DNA from: Chara braunii
Lineage: Eukaryota > Plantae > Charophyceae
Direction: 5' to 3'
Assembly (NCBI GenBank): GCA_003427395.1
Contig: BFEA01000011.1
Span: 3,628,696 to 3,692,695, forward strand
DNA length: 64,000 nt
The position numbers and the translations under genes were made by a program. The notes beneath the pieces were generated by a model, which saw only the letters and a list, made by a program, of their open reading frames with translations, was not told the DNA's origin and did not search any database. Positions 51,795 to 64,000 of this stretch are shown here, piece after piece; within the stretch, counting starts at the first letter, position 1; every line of letters starts with the position of its first letter.

Positions 51795-54432
51795 TTATTT
51801 TGCTTCTTGTTTTCCTTCTTCCTTGAGTCTCCTAATTCTTTCGGCAGACTCTTCCCTTCTGATTGAGTTAGCAGAAAGTTGATGCTTGAAATCACTCTTT
51901 GTGAAGACCATCAAGGTCTGTTCCCGAACAGTCTCAGGATGTTGTAGACCGATCCAAGATGACCCCTCATGATTGAAAAATTGAACTGCCTCCATCCTAT
52001 GCAAGAATGGAGTTCCCAAGATACAGTCATGGTCCAGGTCCGACACTACAAATCCCAATAATTCTACAGACATTGTCCCAACTCTGATGGGTAAGTTATC
52101 AATAAATCCTGCCACGAACAACTCTTCTGCAATATTGCTCAATACATTTTTTGCAGGCCTAATAGCTAGGTTGTTGGATTGGACGTCCGGGATGTCCGAC
52201 CGGACGCCTGGTCGGACGTCCGATCGGACAGGGGTTGTCCGACCTAGCGCAAAAAAAAAAAAAAAAAAAAAACCTTCTCAGAAAAATCTGAAAAAAATAT
52301 ATATTATGTAACATAACAATACAAGCAACTTTTGCCTTGGAGTTATGTTCAAATTCGCAGTCAATCATGAGTTAAAAATCAAAAACCGAAAAACATGTAT
52401 ATATATCGTCACAAACAGAACTGCCCGGTAAAACCGTAGGCAGAGAGAAAGAGAAGAGGACAACAAACGAGGGGATATTTTTTTACGATTTTTTTTTTTT
52501 TTTTTCCCCAGACAACGGGGGTACCGGACATATGGGGGAGACGTCCGGGGGAGACGGCCAGCCCCCGGACCATTGCTAACCTAGATTGATAGTCAAATTA
52601 CACGCCTCCATTGTTCTTTGTGAAAGAAGTATCATCTCTGCCCCAGAGTCCACTAGGGCTAGAATCTTCACTTGATTAATGCGAATTGTAAGATGCCCAC
52701 ATCCCATAGTTGTGAATCTCATCTTGCAACCTGGTAGTGATCTGTTCACTTGGTTGGGAAAGACTGATCTTAAATAATTAACTTCCAATTTTTTTTTCTC
52801 AATTAACTTTTTTAATTTTTCTCTCAGTTTGGGTGCTAGTGTCATTGCTTCCTTGAAAGACAATGTAACTTCCGTTTCTTCCAGCATTTTAGCAATTACA
52901 TCAGAAATCACTGTTCCATCATCCAAGTCACTCTTGAGAATTTTTTTTTTTTTTCTCCCTTGTTCATTATTTTCTTGTGGGCGTTCTTGTTCAGGGTCGT
53001 CGAGGATGTTAATGAGTGACTCCTCAGCCTTCTTTTTTTTCTTTTCTTCTATCATTTGAGACGTCATACGGGTTTGGTGGTTCCTCAATTCACCAATCCT
53101 GACACTAGGTTCCATGACGAGTTCTGGGGGTAAATCGCCATGAAACGACGCCATATTGGCCAAAAAGCGAACCATCTCATTGGAAGAAGACTCTACCAAT
53201 TCAAAAAAATTCTGAAAAGTATGATTTTCTTCTAGTGGAGGCTCACTTGTAAAAGCCTCACTAGGCTCGCACTCTGTCAATGTTAGAGATTGCAGAGACA
53301 GCTCAACCGTAGTATGAGGATCACTTGCTCCCTGTACTAATTCATTAGGCAATTCTTCAATGAGAAAATGAACGTTCACATTGACCTTTCTCTTCTTCTT
53401 AATCTTCATCTTCTCATCATGTTTAAGAGCAAGAAGTCTCATACCTCTTGGGTGTCTGGGGTCCAACTTATTCCATGAACTATCACAGACATCTCCCATT
53501 GCACCTTTCTTTGCCACCCCACTCCTTACATCCTCCTCAAGAGGCTTGCAATAAGTGGTAGTATGACCCCCTTCACCACAGTAATAGCAGGTAAAACTCC
53601 TCTTTGGACGCTCATTATATTTACTCCTTTCTTTGTTTCCTCTATCACCATTCTTCCGATTCTTTTTGGATCTGGAAGAATCCTCTTTCTTACCATAGCC
53701 CTCATTGTCATCATCATTGTCATCATCCTCTTCACTTTCAACCTTCTTTTTCCCCCTGTCATCCACAGCATGCGTTGCAGGCCTTGCAGGCATAAAGTTA
53801 GCCATCACCTTTTGAAGAATATTTTCAGCAGTCAGATTATCCTTGGCCAAAGTACTGATTTGATCCAGTGACCATTTCTTATGGGAGACAGTAGGTAGAG
53901 TTTTTATGATTGCTATCATTTCATCCCATCTGAGAGGATAGTGCTAAACTTGATTAAGAACTGTTTGTCTTTCAGTATCGGTAAAATTTGTCAAAAATAT
54001 ATGGCATTTCTAAGCTTCGTTCAAATATGGAATTCTTCTTGCTGTTCGGATAAAGGTCTGAAGAAAAACGTTGAAAGTGTCATACTTAGCTCTTCTGATG
54101 TTGAGTAAGTCCTTAGTTGTTGTTGGAACTGAATCTTTGTCAAATTTCTTTTTCAGTCTCTCCTTGATCTCTTCCCATATAGTGACATCTTCCATTAGTT
54201 TCTGAACTGCCAGTCTTGAATCAGTATCACAATAAGATAGAAGGTGCTTAAGCCGTTGCTTATCTGTCCACCCATAACTGAGTCCAAATAATTCATACTC
54301 GTCCAAAAAGTCATTAACCTGGGGCCTTCTGAAACATGGGATCCTCTCATCTGGCCTCTTTGCTCTTGCAATATCTGATCTTCCTTTTATAGTGTCTACT
54401 CTCTCGACCAGCTCCCGTATAACCCCAACCAA
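51795..54432 (-). pseudogene. Gag (CCHC knuckle) and aspartic protease, interrupted by a MITE
   Basis: CYYCGEGGHTTTYC; ALVDSGAE; CILGTPFL after the insertion. Confidence 0.9.
52166..52584 (+). mobile_element. CTAG-flanked MITE inserted in the protease domain
   Basis: CTAG at both junctions; ends match 43538-44056. Confidence 0.9.
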
Positions 54433-55093
54433 GGCCTCCTCATTGGTCCCTGCAGAAGAACTTGGTCTTCCTCGTCATGCCATCTTAACCATAGTTTTTT
54501 TCCAAATTCTCTTCTCTCTCTCTGTCACTCTTGTCATTTTCTTCTTTATCCTTCAATCTCTTACTCTCCTCGCGAGAGATACAAACTCGTTTCTCTCTTC
54601 TCTCGTCTGCTCTACCCCTTGAGAGTTCTGTACTTATAGGGTATAAGCAATAATAGATTGGGTAGTGATCAAGGGCAGTGCAATCCTTCTAAGCCTTCCA
54701 ATGTAATCTTCAATCAATTATCTTTCATCATCCCTACTCAATCTTCTATTATACCCTTTTATAGTACTCCGAGTCAGGTCTATAATCTCATAATCAAATT
54801 GCATCATTTACGGCCCACTATTGATCCTTCTTGCAAGAGAGACCCGTTCCCGAAAAGTATGATATGATACTCTCTCATCAACTCCCACTTTCACCACCTT
54901 TAACAGATAGCTTACCTCAGCCTGGTCAGTGATAATTCTCAAGGCAGAATCTCTCATGCGATCAAAGAAAAGCTGCAAAAACTCAAACTCGTCTAGGGTT
55001 GAAAGATTTCTGTCGGAGATCCGAAGAGTCCCTTCTACCTTGACTATTCTACCTTCCAACACAACTCCTAGTATCATCTGTTCAGTCAAGCTG

Positions 55094-56707
55094 GGCATAA
55101 AGGAGATGGCAGGTGTGGAGGTGTCCTCTCTCTCTCACACACACACAGAGTGGCACATACACACACACAACGACGACTGCAATGGCAACAACCACGACGA
55201 TGTCGACTCCACATGGCAGGGGTGACGCGGGGCGCGGGAGTAGACCATCCCACCATGAATTCGAAATTTGTGGCGGGATAGTCTACCCACTGCCCTGCCT
55301 TACCCCCTGGCCCCACTTTGCGATGATGGGGAGGAGGGGGATGATGAAGAGACAACGAAGAGACAATGACGGGGAGTAGGAGGAAGAGGGCGACGGGGAG
55401 GAGGAGGACAAAGATACGCTACAAATTTCGAATTCATGGTGGGATGGTCTACTCCCGCGCCCCGCGTCACCCCTGCCACGTGGAGTCGACATCGTCGTGG
55501 CTGTTGCCATTGCAGCCGTCGTTGCACCGTACCACGTCAAGTCACCGTCGTCGTCGCCGTTGCCATCCCCGTTGGCGGTAAGTGTGTGTGTGTGTGTATG
55601 TGCCACTCTGTGTGTGTGTGAGAGAGAGAGGACACCTCCACACCTGCCATCGGGAGTAGGAGGAAGAGGGCGACGGGGAGGAGGAGGACAAAGATGAAAG
55701 GAGATGGCAGGTGTGGAGGTTTCCTCTCTCTCTCACACACAAACACAGTGGCACCCCGCGTCACCCCTGCCACGTGGAGTTGACATCGTCGTGGCTGTTG
55801 TCATTGCAGTCGTCGTTGCGTACCACGTCAAGTCACCGTCGTCGTCGCCGTTGCCATCCCCGTTGGCGGTAAGTGTGTGTGTGTGAGAGAGAGAGGACAC
55901 CTCCACACCTGCCATCTCCTTTCATCTTTGTCCTCCTCCTCCCCGTCGCCCTCTTGTCGCCCTCTTCCTCCTACTCCCCGTCATTGTCTCTTCGTTGTCT
56001 CTTCATCATCCCCCTCCTCCCCATCATCGCAAAGTGGGGCCAAGGGGTAAGGTAGGGCAGCGGGTAGACTATCCCGCCACAAATTTCGAATTCATGGTGG
56101 GATGGTCTACTCCCACGCCCTGCGTCACCCCTGCCACGTGGAGTCGACATCGTCGTGGCTGTTGCCATTGCAGTCGTCGTTGCACCGTACCACGTCAAGT
56201 CACCATCGTCGTCGTCGTTGCCATCCCCATTGGCGGTAAGTGTGTGTGTGTGTATGTGCCAATGTGTGTGTGTTTGAGAGAGAGAGGACACCTCCACACC
56301 TACCGTCTCCGGGCAGCGGGTAGACTATCCCACCACAAATTTCGAATTCATGGTGGGATGGTTTCCTCTCGCGCCCCGCGTCACCCCTGCCACGTGGAGT
56401 CGACATCGTCGTGGCTGTTGTCATTGCAGTCGTCGTTGCACCGTACCACGTCAAGTCACCGTCGTCGTCGCCGTTGCCATCCCCGTTGGCGGTAAGTGTG
56501 TGTGTGTATGTGCCACTCTGTGTGTGTGAGGGAGAGAGAGGACACCTCCACACCTGCCATCTCTGTAGCGGACCTACAGAGGACCTCTGGTTGGCATGTG
56601 AGACGAGCCCCTTGGCCTGTTCTCACAGACCTGTGTTTTATTCGGGGGCAGTCCAGTCCAGTCCAGGCCGGTACCTCTGTCGGTACCAGCCAGTCCAGTC
56701 CAAGAAA

Positions 56708-56766
<59 letters not shown>

Positions 56767-59292
56767 GTGGGTGAGGAGGTAGGGAGAAATGAAGTATCTG
56801 ATTTGTCAAAACTTTCGGCAACATTTTGTTACCCCCATGGGGTCGAAGTGTGCCGAGAAGACTAAGTGGGAGAAAAAAAAGAAAATTTTGGCAGCACTTC
56901 GTTACCCCCACGGGGTCAAAACGTGTGCCGAAAGTAGTAAAGACTAACACCTAATCAGATTTAGGGTTGCCGTAAAGAAAATCGAATTTTCAGAATAAAT
57001 AAAAAAATAAATGAAATAAATCAGAAAATGAGAAAAGAAGGTGGGGAAGAAGATAATTCGAATTTTTGGGAAAAAAAAAAATATAAATCAAAAGGGAGAT
57101 AGAAAAAAAGAAAAAACAAAAAAATTTGAAGTAGGGGGGGAAGGGGGGATGAGAGAGTGATTGAGAGAAAATAGAAATAGGTGGGAGAGGGAAAAAGATG
57201 GAAGTGGAAGGTAAGGGGATGATGTGGTGGCGGTTGGGGGAGAGGAGGGTGAGAGAATGGGAGAGAAAGAGGATGGGGAAAGATGGAGAGTGATCAAGAA
57301 ACTAAGAGGGAAGAAGGAGGAGAGAAAAGAAAAGAAATGAAGAAAAGAGGGTAAGATAGTGGTTAGTGGGAGAAAAGGTGGGGTGGGGAAGGTAAAAAGA
57401 GGAGGGGAGAGAGGCAGTGGAAGGTGGGGGAAAGAAAAGGGGAGAGAGAGATGATACCTGACCCTTGGTGTCTCCAAGGGCACAAGGTATACCAAGACCA
57501 GGAGGGTCTTGGCCTTCGCTGCAGCCAACCAACTGGAGGATGTAGGGGGGGTGAGATCTTGATCAGCCCCTAGTTGCAGCACTGCAGATCCAGGGTGTGC
57601 TGTGTGAGCATACCCTGATGGATGATGATGATGATCTAGGGTTGGCTTAGATCTTGATCAGCCACCCTACTGCCACAGTCACACAGCCCCCTAGCCAGGG
57701 GGAAATCTTGAGTTGCTGCAAAGCTGCTGCTGCAGCAATAGAGAGATAGTAAAAATAATAATAATAATAATAATAATAATGATGCTGTGGCGCAGCCCCC
57801 TACCCAGGGGGGTCTTCAGTCCACAGCAAAGTGCCACGTGGCACTGCAGGTGGCCACGTGCACATGCAGCAGCAGCCACGGGGGGCGGGGGGGGGTAAAT
57901 AACCAGCACCTCTTCAACACGAGGTTGCCATGCTACAAGGCCATGCATAGATTGTGGCCAGTGTGTGTTATAAGAGTGGTACACACATGCGCATGGTCGG
58001 CAGCTGCCTAGGTTCAAACCCCAGCGAGCATCCCGGATCTTGATAATATAATCCGGGAGCGGGGTGGGCCGGGGCAGCGTGGGCGCGTGCGGTGGCCTTG
58101 GTGCACGCGCCGGCGTGGCGCCTGCTTTTTTCGCCTCGTGTCACCTCCTGCAGACGCCGCTTTTTCCCTCTGTTTTCACTGAAAAACACCCGAGCCTGCT
58201 TTTTTCGCCACGTGTCACCTACTGCAGGCGCCGCTTTTTCCCTCTGTTTTCACCGAAAAACACCCGAAAACAGCGAAAAAACCCGATGTCGGGTTTGGCG
58301 CCTGCTTTTTTCGCCANNNNNNNNNNNNNNNNNNNNNNNNNNNNNNNNNNNNNNNNNNNNNNNNNNGTTTGGCGCCTGCTTTTTTCGCCACGTGTCACCT
58401 CCTGCAGGCGCCGCTTTTTCCCTCTGTTTTCACCGAAAAACACCCGAAAACAGCGAAAAAAACTGATGTCGGGTTTTGCTGTTTTCCTCAGCTGGACAAC
58501 TGTACGGGGTGGTGGGCGGGAGTGGGGAACGTTCCCGCTCCGATAGCAATGTAGCAGACCCACCAGGTGTGGTGCTCCGCTAGTGATAGAGATGGAGATG
58601 GAGGAAGAAGGGGGGGAGCGAGATGGCACAACGCAGCTCCCCACGCAAGACTCCAACGCACGTACTCCAAACTGACTGGACTGGACTGGACTGGCTGGTA
58701 CCGACAGAGGTACCGGCCTGGACTGGACTGGACTGCCCCCGAATAGAACACAGGCCTGTGAGAACAGGCCAAGGGGCTGGTCTCACAGGCCAACCAGAGG
58801 TCGCTACAGAGATGGCAGGTGTGGAGGTGTCCTCTCTCTCTCTCACACACACAGAGTGGCACATACACACACACACTTACCGCCAACGGGGATGGCAACG
58901 GCGACGACGACGGTGACTTGACGTGGTATGGTGCAACAACGACTGCAATGGCAACAGCCACGACGATGTCGACTCCACGTGGCAGGGGTGATGCGGGGCG
59001 CGGGAGTAGACCATCCCACCATGAATTCGAAATTTGTGGCGGGATAGTCTACCCGCTGCCCTGCCTTACCCCCTGGCCCCACTTTGCCCCCTACCCAGTG
59101 CACACCGCTTCGTTCACCCCCCAGCCCCTACCGGGCCGTACTGGGCCAAAACAGCCCCAAAAATCGCCCTCCGCTACCACGTACACGGGGCCCAAAAATA
59201 CGTGCGAGTGCACATGTACACGATACGTACGTGCGTACACGCATACGTGTGCGGATGTATGCGGAGGTCACGTGCGTGTATGCGGTGCTACC
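55094..59292. mobile_element. Foldback-like non-autonomous DNA element with modular inverted repeats
   Basis: About 56320-56700 is the reverse complement of about 58675-59060; the module recurs in both orientations in 55100-56560; right end GTGCTACC matches the 25878-26708 family. Confidence 0.7.
58115..58480. repeat. Tandem repeat GCCTGCTTTTTTCGCCACGTGTCACC...GAAAAACACCCGA, at least 3 copies, spanning an N gap
   Basis: Copies near 58120, 58194 and 58373. Confidence 0.85.
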
Positions 59293-59357
59293 CAGTTTTT
59301 AGTTCCAACTTTGAACTCTAGGTTATATTCAAACCAGTTCCGAATACCTCAGTTCAC

Positions 59358-59408
<51 letters not shown>

Positions 59409-60994
59409 TCTGTTCCAGCTCCTCCCGGTTTATATGTTGATCCCTCCGATTATTTTGCAGGCCTAAAGTACTTTTCATACCAAGATAAGGTAAACAATTC
59501 CTCAACTGGCAATGAACTGGGATTAATAAGCAACATTAATTCCGAGGGGGATTTCAGGAAGACCTTTCTATTTTCTTTTTTCTTTTTCCCCCCATTAAAC
59601 TAGGGTTTTATTATTTGAGAACATTCTTCCCCCATGAGCAGGCCACCAGTGACCATCAATTACAGATCATGGGCCTGAATGTGGTACCTGACGTTCGGAG
59701 ATTTTAACCTAAGACGGGCCACAACTGACATCCCTCTTCCCCTCCCATTCACCGAGGATGGGACACAGAACTAAATACTCAGAATAATTCTGGGTGGCAA
59801 ATTGGGAATAGATGAGGAGTGGAGTTCTCAATGACCCTCCGATCATGGAGATAGTTTCTTAGCCTAGGCCAGGTAATGGCCCTGGTACTTCAATTGGACT
59901 ATATTTTCATATCGGACACTGGGCCCGGTTCCCAGCACATCCTCCCCATGAATAGACTGGATAGAAAAGAAAAAGGGAAAAACTTCAAAAAAGAGTTCTC
60001 AATCACTGATAAAATTGTAGTACTTTTTTTTTTTTTTAAACACCCTTAGAACGAATTCCATGGCTATCCCAGCTATCACAGCCACTTTGCAGGAAACTCT
60101 CCTCGGGGGCTATCCCCTGGAGGGTGCTTTGGCTAGATTAGCCAGACTTTTGAATTCCGAGAGGCTTCGGGGATTAATTAAAGGGGTCGTGAAGAGTTGG
60201 GTTTGGAAGGGAAAGGGAAAATAGGCTGTTTTTTTTTTTGAAATCCGAGAGGGCTCCGGGGACCTTGTCCCACCAGCGCCGTTGACCCAGCTCCTCGTTG
60301 GGGTTTTCAATCACGCGTGACACCGCGTGACGCGTGATCTCCTTGAAATCGCACGGTTGATTTACGTGGAGCGTGTACGCCCAACAAAAAGGCCTCTTTT
60401 CATTTCATTGAAACCGTGGAAAAATAGCTGTTCACGAATACAACACCCCCTACCCTTGCCCTTTCTCGTTGAGCAAGCTGACTCGTTTTTGCGTCTCAGC
60501 TAGCTCAACGCTCCGAAGCTTGCGGCCGATGTGTGAATTTTTTTTATTTATTTGGTGCCGTCATTATTGTCTGCGTCAGAGCGTTTTTGATATCCGTTGT
60601 TTACGGTGTGAGGCAAATGGCTGTTCCTCCTCGTTTCACACGCTCAGCGAAAAGAGAATCTGGCACTTCTGAATGAGCTGTGATGATGTCCGCATTCATG
60701 TGGACTGGCGACCTCCCTGAGATGACTTCACTGGTTGTTAGGAGCAGTGGGCACGGTTAACACGGACAGCACATGTCCGAGTCCACTTTCACTTCCTCAT
60801 ATGGCGGTGGACAGCATGAATACCTTCTCACAATAGCTTTGTATCATAAAATAGAATGAAAGGTGGGGAAGAATATAAACACACATCAAAAAATTACACT
60901 GCCGATTTCTTTCGAGTTAAAAAAGGCATTTTCCACTGTCATACCGTTGAGTTACCGCAACTCAACGGTGTATGTGGAGAAGGTCCCCGGGGCT

Positions 60995-61124
60995 GGATAA
61001 GAGGATTTTTGGTGCAGTAGGCCACCGGCGGTTAGTCGGATAAGAGGATTTTTCGGTGCAGTGGGCCACCGGCGGTTAGTCGGATAAGAGGATTTTTTGG
61101 TGCAGTAGGCCACCGGCGGTTAGT
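60995..61124. repeat. 43-44 bp tandem repeat x3
   Basis: GGATAAGAGGATTTTT(T/C)GGTGCAGTRGGCCACCGGCGGTTAGT at 60995, 61038, 61082. Confidence 0.92.
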
Positions 61125-62322
61125 TATAGCCGTAGCAAATGATTTGACAATAGGGAACGGGATGGAGCCCGTAACTGGGTATAGGGATAGGAAACCGCAG
61201 CAGTAGCATTTCCAGGACCACGGCTGGTCGGGGTGGCTCAGACTGTCAGCAGCAATGTGGTAACCGGATGCGTAGGGCTAGGCTCTTTTGAAGGGACGGG
61301 GCACGTCTTGAAACAACGGATCTATCTGATAAGAGAACTGGCTGTGTTTGCATTTTTTTATTGGTTTTTCATTGTTTTTTTAATTGTTTTTTCCTCTTTG
61401 CCTGCAACAGCAATCAAAGGATCTTCAGTGTAGGTAAGGAGAAAAGTCGGGAAAAAAAACACGTGCTCACACTGACGCATGCAAGTGCTTGGAGTAGCAT
61501 AAAGAGTAGAGGATCAACGTTACGGTCCTCAGAGGCAAAAACCTCATGATGATCCAGGGTGGCAGCTTTGACCAAACATGTACTAGAGGGATCCACCTGT
61601 GGACAGTGGTGTTTTTAATGTTGCTCATTCTTGATACCGTCTTCTCCCATTTTATGGAAAATTGCTTCTTCCACTGTGTGGCCACATCTGAAGAGTAGAG
61701 TGCTTTTGTGCTTTCCTCTGTCTTTTTCGCCCACAAAAAGTCCGTTTCTTGAACAGCGCCTGTTTCACCCTAGAACGGTCTGCTGATGCTATCATGCACA
61801 CACACGAAAAGCAAAAAAAACGTAAAGAAAAAAAACAGCAGAAAGAAATAGAAAGGGAGAACTAAAAGAAGAAGAAATCAAGTTTCTATTAACCACCACT
61901 ACCTTTCACACTGGGAGGCCAAGTGGTAAAACTGTACACCGCAATTCTCGGGCCCGGGGCCATTGATAAATTTCATCGGCGGCATCCGGCCTCCGAAAAT
62001 GTGAATTGTGAGAACCGCCGCCGCCGATATAGGTGAAAGGTGGTGGTCCTTTAAAGAGACCATCAGACAAGTGCAGATCTCTCTGTTGCTTCCCCAGAGT
62101 TATGCTCTGTGAATGGATCACATAGAAGTTGAGAGAACCCCTTACTTTTTTGAACTCGTGGAAAATTTAAGGGCACACTCACACTAGGCCCCAAACATCG
62201 CAAAATCCCAAAATGAACGGCCAGATCTAGTCCTTCCTTTACAAGGACTCGACCTAGCCCCTCATTTTGTGATTTTGCAAGTTTGAGGGCCTGGTGTGAG
62301 TGTGCTCTAAGACTGACCTTTT

Positions 62323-62415
62323 GGACCATTTCTCGATTTATGCGTGTCATCCTTGCACAGGGGCAACGCTAATCTTCTCTGTATCGTTCCAATTTTAACA
62401 GATATCCCGAAGGAC
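62323..62415 (-). pseudogene. U6: Retroposed U6 snRNA pseudogene with 14-bp TSD
   Basis: Minus strand ...AAAATTGGAACGATACAGAGAAGATTAGC...GCAAGGATGACACGCATAAATCGAGAAATGGTCC; flanked by AAGACTGACCTTTT at 62309-62322 and 62416-62429; no T-run terminator. Confidence 0.95.
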
Positions 62416-62822
62416 AAGACTGACCTTTTAGAAACCAGGCCCAGCGTCCAGTAAAATGAGATTTTATAATGAACATTTGATGATACAACAGTAAACTGAT
62501 CTCTTCGACTGATGGCATACCCCCCTGCCACCCAAAGCAAAACAACAAGAAATAAGTGAAAGGAAGTCTGCATTCATTGTAGTCACTCGAATCTTCTGGT
62601 GTGCTGTTCAGAGTCTACTCCAACCAAAAATCGCTGTCATGCTTGTCATCATGATTTGATAGAGATTTCCACGGATGGGTATTGCACATCTAGCCCTCAA
62701 CAAAGCCGACGTGAACTTCATGGGCATTCAAGGCCATCTGTTCTACTCCTTTCAAAGCCCCATCACTGCGCCACTCGTCCCGCCAGCAATATGTCGCTGC
62801 CATGGTGCAGTGATAAGGCTTT

Positions 62823-62824
62823 GA

Positions 62825-62881
<57 letters not shown>

Positions 62882-63082
62882 AAGTAGCAACTGTTCCAAT
62901 ATGTCACTGACATGGTGCACACTCGGAACAGAACCAGAAAACAAAAAAACAGAAAACAGAAACCAGAACAGGAACCCTGGAGGGAACCAGAAGCAGAAGC
63001 AGAGGCAGGACCGGAATAGGTAGCAACCAAAACAAAAACAAGAACCACGACCCTGTTGTTGAACCGGAATAAGAACCAGCAA

Positions 63083-63153
<71 letters not shown>

Positions 63154-63269
63154 ACAGAAACAGAGCCAGAAACAGAACCAGAACCAGAACCAGAGCGAGA
63201 AACAGAGCCAGAACCAGAACCAGAACAAGTAGCAGCTGAAACCATAACGAGAACCAGAACCCTCCTGTT

Positions 63270-63333
<64 letters not shown>

Positions 63334-63360
63334 TACAAATCAAAACCAGAACCAGACCCA
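62823..63360. repeat. (GAACCA)n hexamer repeat tracts
   Basis: Directly visible; produces EP/SG/FW/LV pseudo-ORFs in several frames. Confidence 0.93.
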
Positions 63361-64000
63361 AAATCAAAGCCAGAACTGGAAGGAACCACAACCAGAAGCA
63401 GAAACCAGAGCGGAAAGGAAGCAAAACAGAACTTGGTGGAACCGATACCAGAGCCACAGTCAGACCCAGAATCGGAAAGAACCATAACTGGAAGCAGAAG
63501 TGGAAAGGACGGCAACCTGAACACAAGATCAGCACTGTGTGGAATGAAAGGGATTTCAGTCGGAAAAGCCAGCCCTTGGTTGAACCCCAACCCTCTCTGA
63601 TACCCAGCTCAGCGGAGGACTAGTAAACGTGAGATGCTGCAGGGATCGTTGCGGAAAACCGGAACCAGACCCGGAAACAGAGCCCGATCCAAGCCATCTC
63701 GTTCTCTTCACAGTCATGCTGTTCATCGATATTTCCCAGCGAGACACAGTGGATGAGGTGGTTGGTTATGGCGGTACTGCTGGTTAGCATGCTCTCCAGC
63801 CTGGATTGCTTTCTTCTTCAAGCTCTTGTTTCTCTGTCTGTCGGTTCTCATCAGCACCTGAGGATTTCTGCCACACAGTATAAAACGACAAAGATCACTG
63901 ACAATGGTAGCGCAGCTCTGGATGCTGCCATTATGACTGTCACTTTATGACTTGAGCACGCCTGTGCCTGCTGATAGACCTCCCGAGAAGTGTCCACTTG

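Larger units (their letters stand above)
46260..60300 (-). mobile_element. Ty3/Gypsy LTR retrotransposon, decayed, with nested insertions (outer limits approximate)
   Basis: Domain order gag-PR-RT-RH-IN; PPT GAGAGTGGGGGATAAC followed by TGTAAAA at 48035 marks the 3' LTR start. Confidence 0.88.

Noticed and set aside
55086-59466. Many similar short ORFs (TANGDGNGDDDGDLTW...)
   Set aside because: Translations of the repeated foldback module, broken by microsatellites.
62599-63600. EP-, SG- or FW-repeat proteins
   Set aside because: All are translations of (GAACCA)n; frames are interrupted and have no flanking domain.

Overview
Eukaryotic, repeat-saturated window, inferred from TE protein style to be a charophyte alga such as Chara. 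No host protein-coding gene is recognisable. It is a nest of transposons: a hAT transposase (141-3428, -); decayed plus-strand Ty3/Gypsy pieces (PHD finger + integrase at 4.4-5.6 kb, integrase remnant at 13.6-14.6 kb, gag-protease at 21-23 kb); a minus-strand Ty3/Gypsy element with all domains (about 46-60 kb) split by two insertions whose in-silico removal restores the frame; several MITE families; a hammerhead-ribozyme core; a retroposed U6 pseudogene with a 14-bp TSD; and a Nextera junction adapter artefact at 17896-17933. Two observations stand out. (1) Two paralogous composite units share the layout [3' module]-[multi-kb LTR-like block with a 60-66 bp array]-[host ncRNA complement]-[degenerate internal region]; the slot where a tRNA primer-binding site would be expected holds a full-length U6 snRNA complement in one (31605-31708) and a 28S rRNA complement in the other (11893-12045). 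(2) An array of about 26 hairpins (27025-28635) has a near-invariant CAACTTATG loop on stems that differ but covary, and other elements here carry analogous periodic hairpin arrays. LTR boundaries and identities are by eye and approximate.
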